From positions 1-64,000 of the IMG/VR virus record IMGVR_UViG_3300038345_000076: DNA of 64,000 bases; one strand, given 5' to 3'. The position numbers were made by a program, and so were the translations under genes. Source of the DNA: a virus. Taxonomy: Duplodnaviria; Caudoviricetes. Of the stretch, positions 57,222-64,000 are shown one piece after another. Under the pieces are notes generated by a model that saw nothing but the letters and a program-made list of their open reading frames with translations, made no database searches and was not told the origin of the DNA. The first letter of the stretch is position 1; each line of letters starts with the position of its first letter.

Positions 57222-57716
57222 ATGGATTTCGGAAAAGCAATTATCGCTCTGAAACAGGGCAAAGCCATTCAGAGAAGTGGCTGGAATGGTAAGGGATTGT
57301 TTGTCGTTAAGCAGATTCCTGCCAGTATTAACGCCGACATCATCCCGAAGATGCAGTCGCTACCTCAGTCCGCGAAAGACATTCTTATGTCACGCGAGAA
57401 TCCGCACATCGACTACACTAATCAGATGCTTATTGTGAATCCCGACGGTCGTGCCGACTCATGGGTTCCGTCTTCGTCAGACGTTTTCGCAGAAGACTGG
57501 CGTATCATCGGCGAGGAAGAGACTTTCCTTACCCGTCTGAAGGAAGAGGCAGCGGAACTTTATTACAGACATGAGAAACTTGGCGAGTTCCTTGGCTCTG
57601 ATAAAGTTGATGTTGTGTCTGACAAACAGAAAGAGTTACTGAAGCGTCAGTACGATGCCATGACGGAGTACGGAAAGATACTCGACGAGCGTATTGTAGA
57701 TATTGAGAACAGTTAA
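57222..57716 (+). CDS. DUF2829/Tad2-like domain fused to a helical C-terminal domain
   Basis: MDFGKAI.ALK.GK...R.GWNGKG, WVPSSSDVFAEDW; C-terminal RL..E..EL..R..KL...Q...M..Y..IL..RI. Confidence 0.75.
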   Translation: MDFGKAIIALKQGKAIQRSGWNGKGLFVVKQIPASINADIIPKMQSLPQSAKDILMSRENPHIDYTNQMLIVNPDGRADSWVPSSSDVFAEDWRIIGEEETFLTRLKEEAAELYYRHEKLGEFLGSDKVDVVSDKQKELLKRQYDAMTEYGKILDERIVDIENS

Positions 57717-57748
57717 TACTATTGTTTCACTTTTAATTTGTTTTTATT

Positions 57749-58270
57749 ATGGGAATTATTATTGTTGGACAGAAAAAGCAGAAGACCGTTAATATGGGCG
57801 GTGTAACTATTGTGCCTGACAGCGGTGTAAATGCAGCTAACAAAGGCGGCATGACTGCCGAAGAGAAGAAGGCTCTGGTTGAGAAAATTATGGAAATGCC
57901 GAAAGACCAGATTGTTCCTGAGTTGCGCAAGCACGGCTTCACTGACATTGCCGACATTACCGAGGCTCAGATGAAGGAAGCTGAGAAAGATGCGCAGGAA
58001 GATGCCCGTGAGAAGCGTCTTGCCGAGATTATGGCTCTGCCTGTTGACGAGCGTCTGCCACTGTTGCTTGCCGAGGGTTACGAGGATGAAGCCAAGAAAC
58101 TCTCTGAGGAACTTGCAGCCGAGCAGGGTGGAGAGTCTTCTGGAAATGCAGAAGACACTACGGCTGAAGACGGCGAGGGCGAGAAAACTGAGACCGATGA
58201 TGGTGACGGCGATGGTGAAATTGAGCCTGAGAAGAGAAAGGTCGGTCGCCCTAAGAAGAGTGAAGAGTAA
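57749..58270 (+). CDS. Acidic hypothetical protein with C-terminal GRPKK
   Basis: 173 aa. Confidence 0.65.
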   Translation: MGIIIVGQKKQKTVNMGGVTIVPDSGVNAANKGGMTAEEKKALVEKIMEMPKDQIVPELRKHGFTDIADITEAQMKEAEKDAQEDAREKRLAEIMALPVDERLPLLLAEGYEDEAKKLSEELAAEQGGESSGNAEDTTAEDGEGEKTETDDGDGDGEIEPEKRKVGRPKKSEE

Positions 58271-58287
58271 TTCAAGAGTTTTGTGCT

Positions 58288-59025
58288 ATGAGTAAGATTG
58301 ATAGACTTAATAAACAATTCACTGCATTTGTAAACCAACTGACTCCTGACCAAGTTCGGGAGCAGTTGGTTCTCGCATATCTCCAGATGGAGAAATGTCA
58401 GACGGTGTTGAGGGGCTACGACGTTGAGCCTGTTGAAATGATGGATAATGGCGAAAGTTCCGACTTGGAACTTTTCTACCGTTGCAAGAAAGCCGCCGAG
58501 GAACTGGCTTATCTGAACCAGATGGTTCACGATGGTAAGAAAGTCGGTGCTATTGAGTTGAAAGTGAAAGTTGACACCGATCCTGCCATACTTAGCCTAA
58601 AAGAACTTCGTGAAGAGTTCTGCAAGATGGCAGATTCAATGAAGCCAAAAGCCTTGCAAGTTGGGTCAGTGGTCTATTTCCTCAATAAAGGGCGCATCCA
58701 CAAGTCCACGATAAAGGACGTATGTGGATTACATGCAGTAACTTTTGAGCCTTGCTTCCATGTCAATGGTTATGACAATGTTTTTCTTGCCAGTTCCATC
58801 TATGATTCCGCTGTTCGTTTGGCTTCTACTATTGGCAAACTTGTAAATAACCATATTTCTGTTTCCTCAGACCATGAATCGGCATATTTTATAGACCAGA
58901 CAAGTCGTGTATTCAAAGCCGCCAAATGGTATCTGGAAGAGCAGAAGATAGAACATTTTAAAAGTTTGAATGCTATGAGGGAGTATCTGCTAAAGAATAT
59001 TGTTGATGACACTAAAATAGAGTAA
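58288..59025 (+). CDS. Hypothetical protein
   Basis: 245 aa. Confidence 0.65.
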   Translation: MSKIDRLNKQFTAFVNQLTPDQVREQLVLAYLQMEKCQTVLRGYDVEPVEMMDNGESSDLELFYRCKKAAEELAYLNQMVHDGKKVGAIELKVKVDTDPAILSLKELREEFCKMADSMKPKALQVGSVVYFLNKGRIHKSTIKDVCGLHAVTFEPCFHVNGYDNVFLASSIYDSAVRLASTIGKLVNNHISVSSDHESAYFIDQTSRVFKAAKWYLEEQKIEHFKSLNAMREYLLKNIVDDTKIE

Positions 59026-59027
59026 TC

Positions 59028-59645
59028 ATGGAAGAGAAAAAAACGGAAAATTTGAGCACGATACCTTACGGTAAGCCTGCGAGAATCGGTAATTTCAAGA
59101 TTTGGAAGAGCAAGTTTGAACTTGTGAGCGACCCGACCGAAGATCATCGTAAAAAGGTTGCTGAAGAAAGCAAAGGGAAAAAGAAAGCGGTTCGGCAGAA
59201 AGTGACTATTGACTGCATCAACGTTTCAATTCTTGATGGCTCCTGGATGGTACGTATTCCACAGACTTTTGAGCAGTTTGCCATGCTCAGTCTTGCTTAT
59301 GCGTGGTCTCTGAGTGATGACAAGGATGAACAGGTAAAAGGAAGTGACTATCTGCGTACAGCCATATCGAATATGTACTACGTTTCCTGCATCTGCAACG
59401 GATTCTTCCATCATGGCGTTGAAATGGTTACGTCTGCATACGTTGATCCCGAATTGCTCAAAGAGAATGAGCGTCACGAGGCTTTCCTGAAAGATGCCAA
59501 ACTGACTATTGAGCGATTCCTGGACTGGCGCAAGGGATATGACGAAATGGTAGCAGCAGGAGAGCCGAGTGACCGTGAACTTCATCAAGACGAGATTGCA
59601 GAGCAGGCAATGGAGATTCTTGCCGATGGAGATAAGAAAGAATAA
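59028..59645 (+). CDS. Hypothetical protein
   Basis: 205 aa. Confidence 0.65.
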   Translation: MEEKKTENLSTIPYGKPARIGNFKIWKSKFELVSDPTEDHRKKVAEESKGKKKAVRQKVTIDCINVSILDGSWMVRIPQTFEQFAMLSLAYAWSLSDDKDEQVKGSDYLRTAISNMYYVSCICNGFFHHGVEMVTSAYVDPELLKENERHEAFLKDAKLTIERFLDWRKGYDEMVAAGEPSDRELHQDEIAEQAMEILADGDKKE

Positions 59646-59677
59646 AACCTACCGATTTCGATAGGTTTAAGTGCAAT

Positions 59678-59704
59678 AAAGTGGTCGAATTTGACCACTT
59701 TTTT
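59678..59704. terminator. Bidirectional terminator between convergent arms
   Basis: AAAGTGGTC-gaattt-GACCACTTTTT. Confidence 0.65.
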
Positions 59705-60293
59705 ATTCTTCTGCATCAAGTGCAGCTTGAATTATCTTCTTTGAAAGTTTGATTACCCTGCCCATTTCAACGGGACGGATAATATTTCCTTTTTCATCCT
59801 TGCATTTCTTTGCTTCCTCATTATAGGCATAGAGTAGGGGACACTGGCTGCATTTTGAAGGGAAATAGAAATTAATTGCATCTGTATCGTCTTCCGTACC
59901 TTGCTCATTCTCTTTCTTGATGTCATTGTACTTTGCATAGAGGTCTGCACGTTCTTTGGAGCCTACTGGCTGCTGTTTTGCAGAACAAAGTATCTCTTTC
60001 AATACTTCCTCAGTTCCAATCAATTCCACTTCATCAATAGAGACAGGCGTTGCAGAGCCGTCTTTTACTCTCTGCTTGCGTTTGTCGAGAAGTTTCTTGA
60101 ACTTCGCGCTTTCTACAATGTTCTTGCGTATGCTGTCATTCTGTTGTGAAGCCAGTGCTTCGTTTTCAGGGAAAGCAATGGCGTAGGCATCCTGTTCGGA
60201 ATACCCAACCGCTATAAGATCAGCCATGACTAAATACTGGACGGTGACGTTCAGTTTCTTTGCTTCTGTCTGTTTTTGCTTTGATAGTTCCAT
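59703..60293 (-). CDS. Hypothetical protein, possibly terminase small subunit-like
   Basis: In the head operon; QDAYAIAF helix motif (weak). Confidence 0.45.
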   Translation of the reverse strand: MELSKQKQTEAKKLNVTVQYLVMADLIAVGYSEQDAYAIAFPENEALASQQNDSIRKNIVESAKFKKLLDKRKQRVKDGSATPVSIDEVELIGTEEVLKEILCSAKQQPVGSKERADLYAKYNDIKKENEQGTEDDTDAINFYFPSKCSQCPLLYAYNEEAKKCKDEKGNIIRPVEMGRVIKLSKKIIQAALDAEE

Positions 60294-60294
60294 C

Positions 60295-61173
60295 TTATTC
60301 TAAGTTTTCAATTTGTTCTTTCGTAAAAATAGGAATGGCATAACAACAGCATGAAGGATGAACGGGCAAAACTCCATAAGCCTCTTGAATCGGGTGGAAT
60401 CCGCAGTTGTCGTCGCATGGGGAACAGGGATAGCTGCTGCCACGTAAGACGTATAAGCCTGCCGCACCTTGCTCTTTGTAGTCCATGACCTGTGAGCGCA
60501 TCCATACCATTTGCAAGGTTGTCTTTGCCATGTTTGTCACATTGGTACTGCCGTTATTCGATAGTCCGACATTACCTTTTACGACACCACGACTGCGTAT
60601 ATATGTCGCATTGAATGATTCTGCCTGTTTGAAAGCCTGTTGTACCTCTGGTATGGTATATATGGTATGCAGATGTGTCTTAGCCTTAGTGATGGCTTGT
60701 GCGAGAGGTATGTTTGCGTATTTCAATGCTGCCACAGCCGCCTCTATGTCTTTCATGAACTTGTAGAGGTAGGTGTCGAGGGTCTGCTGCAAGTTACGGT
60801 TGTTTCGGCCAAGCAAAAGCATCCAAGCCAGCAGGGTTTTAGCACTGTCTTTGTCGGTTGTGACACGGGTTGAATATTCCTCTATCAGACTGAGAATTTC
60901 TTCTTCCGCTTCATCCATTGCCTCCGAGATTTCATTCATCATCTGTTCGTTAAATCCGTTACTGAGATAAAGCAGTTTCGGGTCAACGTCGTAACGATAG
61001 CAAATAGTGATGATACGCTCCATTGCATCCGCAAGAACTTCATCAATACGTGATTGCAGTAATTGTGCGTATTCCTCTCGCATGAGGACAAAACGCTTTG
61101 CAGCGTTTATATCCTCCTGCGTAGGAATAGCGTATTTGCTTGTATCGAGTGAAATCTTAATACTTTCAGCCAT
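60295..61173 (-). CDS. Minor head/morphogenesis protein (SPP1 gp7/Mu F-like)
   Basis: Follows the portal; C-terminal CSPC...PVHPSCCC. Confidence 0.7.
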   Translation of the reverse strand: MAESIKISLDTSKYAIPTQEDINAAKRFVLMREEYAQLLQSRIDEVLADAMERIITICYRYDVDPKLLYLSNGFNEQMMNEISEAMDEAEEEILSLIEEYSTRVTTDKDSAKTLLAWMLLLGRNNRNLQQTLDTYLYKFMKDIEAAVAALKYANIPLAQAITKAKTHLHTIYTIPEVQQAFKQAESFNATYIRSRGVVKGNVGLSNNGSTNVTNMAKTTLQMVWMRSQVMDYKEQGAAGLYVLRGSSYPCSPCDDNCGFHPIQEAYGVLPVHPSCCCYAIPIFTKEQIENLE

Positions 61174-61193
61174 AACTTATCATCTTAACAGAT

Positions 61194-62957
61194 TTAATGG
61201 GTATCGTTCCAGTTTCCCCAGTTGTTGCGACCTTCCCAGTTACCATTGCTATCATATTTGCGCCCACTCCGATTCGGTCTGCCAGAGCCACGTCCTGTTG
61301 CTACGGAGTATTTCCTTTTTGTGGTTGATCTACCTTTTTTTTCTTCCTTGGTATCAATCTGATTCTGAGCCTTTATAACTTCTATCTGCTGTTCTGTCTG
61401 TATGCCAGCGAGTTCTTCCTGCATTTCAACGTTTGCATCATTCTGTATCTCAAGTTTCTGCTCTTCAAGTAACAACTGCTGCATCTGCTCGTCATGTTTC
61501 TCCTGTAGAATCCTTTCCCACTCTTGCGGAGTCGAATAAGGTAATTTTTCTGAGGCGGTCTGTTTAGACAGGAAACCACCGAGTACCGCAGTGTTAAGAT
61601 TCTGAGTAAGTTCACTGACATTTAAGTGAATGTAAGGCTCGATGTAGTGCCGGATATTGGTATTGAGGAAAGCCAGTCGCATTTCACACTCGATACCGTA
61701 GCCCCAAGAGAAGATGTCAATCATCTTATCTACGCATCCGTCATACTCCTGTGAGTCGGTCATTGCTTTTTCGTAGGCATCGGAGTACATGATTTTCAGA
61801 GAAACGCCTGGTGTGTCGCCTGACTTCAGTTCTGGTGTCTTGACTGCAAACGACTGCTTGTAGATATTGTCTTCGAGTTTGTCAAGTTCTGCCTTGTAAG
61901 CGTTTGACGCATCCTGCCTGTTGAGGAAACCTATCTCTCCGTCAGACGGCAGAATCATAATCTTAGAGGCATACGACATGTCCTGTGTGGTTATTTCCTC
62001 ACTGCCTTCGCCCTTCACATACATGATAGGCAACCCGAAATCGTGGTTGCTGTGAGCAAGGTTTGAGAAAGCAATCTCATAGTTTTCAATCGTCTCTTCC
62101 GAGTAAGTCCAGCAGGGGCCGTTATCGTCACGCATATAGGCGACAGGTATGGAGTCGAATCCGTGCGCCTCCATCCATTCCAGACGGTAGCCATCCGTAT
62201 TGAAAAGTTTGAAGATAAGATTTTTTGCTTTCTCAAAGATGTTTGTAGGATCACCGTCGGCAACAAAGCGGTAGTAGTAGGTATCATCCCACACGTCGAT
62301 GTATCGTTTTGTCACAGAGCCGTTTTCCGCATAGTTGCAATAGGTTCGTGCAAAAGTGCTGAGTTTACCCGTTTTTAAGTCGTAGTGCGGGAATAGCTTG
62401 TCACCGTTGAGGAACGACAGGACTTTCCATCCGAACTTTCCTTTGTCGAGGAAGCCGACGAAAGCACCGTCACCCGTTGCTTTGACAGACTTTGCCAGTT
62501 GATACCAGGCAACCTCCATATTCTTGTTCGCCCATCCGTTCTTGAACTCGTTGAAGACCTTGTTCGTCTCGTCGTCAACTTTCTTGTCAGAGAGTTCAAA
62601 CTGTATGTCGTTTCCGCAAAGATGTGTCAGATGCTTAACGAGGATAATCTGCTGATAGGAGAAAGCATAACGAGGAATCTCCTGAATGTACCACTTTCCG
62701 TCCTCTTCATTTTCCTGCCAGATGTCAGGAAACAACTCTTTGTCGTTGATAAGGTGTCCGGCAGGGTCGAGTTCACGCAGGAAATCCTCTTGCGTGACAA
62801 TCTTTCGGTACAGCCTGTCATGTGTGACTGGCATTTCCGAAACTTCATTCCATACATACCCGTGGTCGTAGTGACCATCAGGAAGGATTCGAGTAAAAGG
62901 CTTCTTTGTAAGAAGGTCTCTTAACGTTGTGTTGGTCTTTTCTAAAACTGCATCCAT
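61194..62957 (-). CDS. Portal protein (SPP1-like)
   Basis: 587 aa after terL; HGFDSIPVAY, TPGVSLKIMY, LSKQTASE. Confidence 0.8.
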   Translation of the reverse strand: MDAVLEKTNTTLRDLLTKKPFTRILPDGHYDHGYVWNEVSEMPVTHDRLYRKIVTQEDFLRELDPAGHLINDKELFPDIWQENEEDGKWYIQEIPRYAFSYQQIILVKHLTHLCGNDIQFELSDKKVDDETNKVFNEFKNGWANKNMEVAWYQLAKSVKATGDGAFVGFLDKGKFGWKVLSFLNGDKLFPHYDLKTGKLSTFARTYCNYAENGSVTKRYIDVWDDTYYYRFVADGDPTNIFEKAKNLIFKLFNTDGYRLEWMEAHGFDSIPVAYMRDDNGPCWTYSEETIENYEIAFSNLAHSNHDFGLPIMYVKGEGSEEITTQDMSYASKIMILPSDGEIGFLNRQDASNAYKAELDKLEDNIYKQSFAVKTPELKSGDTPGVSLKIMYSDAYEKAMTDSQEYDGCVDKMIDIFSWGYGIECEMRLAFLNTNIRHYIEPYIHLNVSELTQNLNTAVLGGFLSKQTASEKLPYSTPQEWERILQEKHDEQMQQLLLEEQKLEIQNDANVEMQEELAGIQTEQQIEVIKAQNQIDTKEEKKGRSTTKRKYSVATGRGSGRPNRSGRKYDSNGNWEGRNNWGNWNDTH

Positions 62958-62974
62958 ATCGTTCTGTTTTTGTG

Positions 62975-64000
62975 TTAATCCCTATGCCTTGGTGTAAGTT
63001 TCCTTACAGTTCTGATACGGCTTCTTCCGTTATTTCCTTTTTTAAGCCATTTTGGTATTACGGCTTGCGTATGTTTAATATCGAAAATCTCCCTCATAAA
63101 CAAAGCCTCGAAGAAGTCAGGTGAGTGTCCGACAACCGCTTTGTTCTTCATCTGTTCCTTATGAATGAGACACCAGCCCTTGTCTTCCTTAGACATATCC
63201 TGCTTGACGCATTTTCTTTCGAGTTGCAGAATGTCGTAGAGCGTTTTCGTTTCTTTGCCAATCTTGTATTTGCGTTTGAGAAGACTTGGCTCAATGCTCC
63301 AATCTCCTTGCTGTGTCCGTTCTGCAAACTTATATGCGCATTGAGATTTCTTATTGTCGTAAAGTCCTTTGTCTTTTTCTGCAACGGCTTCCTGGTTATT
63401 GAATGGTACGGCTCTTGGGAAAGCCCCCTTCAAAACTTGCCCCATGCCGTTCAAGTCATAGGCGAAGTTCTGTTCCAAAACTCCCCATTCCTGAAGTTTC
63501 GCCCTTAATAGTCCGACGGTTGTATATGGGTCACGTCGGCAGACATAGACATCGGCAACATGGTTTCCAATCCAGAGCCATGTCACGCAGTTGTCGCCAC
63601 CTGTTCCGGCAACGTCGCAGGTTGCACGGCGAACACCGTCGCCAATCATCTGTGCGTTCTGGAAGATTTTGTCAAGATGATAGGCTTGAATTATATCATC
63701 TCCCATCTTTATGATGTCCCAGTTTCCGTCAAACTCTCTGGCTCTTACTTCTGGCGGCTGGTTAAGAAGATTGGCTATATATCCTGGGTCTTTCTTTATC
63801 AGTTCCTTGTTCTCGTTCAAAGCTGCTTTCTTGAACGTGACAGACTTGACAAAGAAAGAAGTTTTTGTGTAACCATACTGTTCCCATTCGGGATCCCATG
63901 CGTCATCAATCAGTTCACGGCATTGCTCATAAACTTCTTCTGGCGTATCTCCCCAAATGATATTGTCAACAGAATCGTCCGGCATATAGCAATAGCGAAC
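62975..64000 (-). CDS. terL: Terminase large subunit, C-terminal part (truncated by the window)
   Basis: DPGYIANL...DGNWD, ATCDVAGTGGD (RNase H-like nuclease), HSPDFFEAL. Confidence 0.8.
   Translation of the reverse strand, partial: VRYCYMPDDSVDNIIWGDTPEEVYEQCRELIDDAWDPEWEQYGYTKTSFFVKSVTFKKAALNENKELIKKDPGYIANLLNQPPEVRAREFDGNWDIIKMGDDIIQAYHLDKIFQNAQMIGDGVRRATCDVAGTGGDNCVTWLWIGNHVADVYVCRRDPYTTVGLLRAKLQEWGVLEQNFAYDLNGMGQVLKGAFPRAVPFNNQEAVAEKDKGLYDNKKSQCAYKFAERTQQGDWSIEPSLLKRKYKIGKETKTLYDILQLERKCVKQDMSKEDKGWCLIHKEQMKNKAVVGHSPDFFEALFMREIFDIKHTQAVIPKWLKKGNNGRSRIRTVRKLTPRHRD

Noticed and set aside
1-64000. Stop-codon reassignment as in Lak or some crAss-like phages
   Set aside because: Long conserved genes are intact in code 11, TAG and TGA both end genes at expected positions, and there is no suppressor tRNA.

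Overview
About 64 kb of a large temperate Bacteroidales (Prevotella-like) tailed-phage genome in standard genetic code. The attP appears intact, so this is probably the excised form. From left to right: a divergent purA-like/vWA operon, integrase with attP, repressor/antirepressor switch, two tRNAs, RuvC/RecE/RecT/SSB/initiator/DnaB, a DNA-methylation region, accessory genes with four HNH endonucleases, an arm-less tyrosine recombinase next to an FtsK motor gene, about 14 kb of small leftward early-type genes separated by a repeated hairpin, an SF3 helicase and accessory genes, and head genes (minor head, portal, terminase large subunit). The standout is an apparent phase-variable methylome system. 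All three DNA methyltransferase genes carry pairs of inverted dif-like sites (ACATTA-N6-TAAWG, a different spacer for each pair). The cytosine-C5 MTase is caught with its first 82 codons flipped OFF. Its target-recognition region is broken into 12 overlapping mini-genes of about 47-65 aa, four of them with G/C homopolymer switches. All family assignments come from motifs read by eye; no database searches were run.
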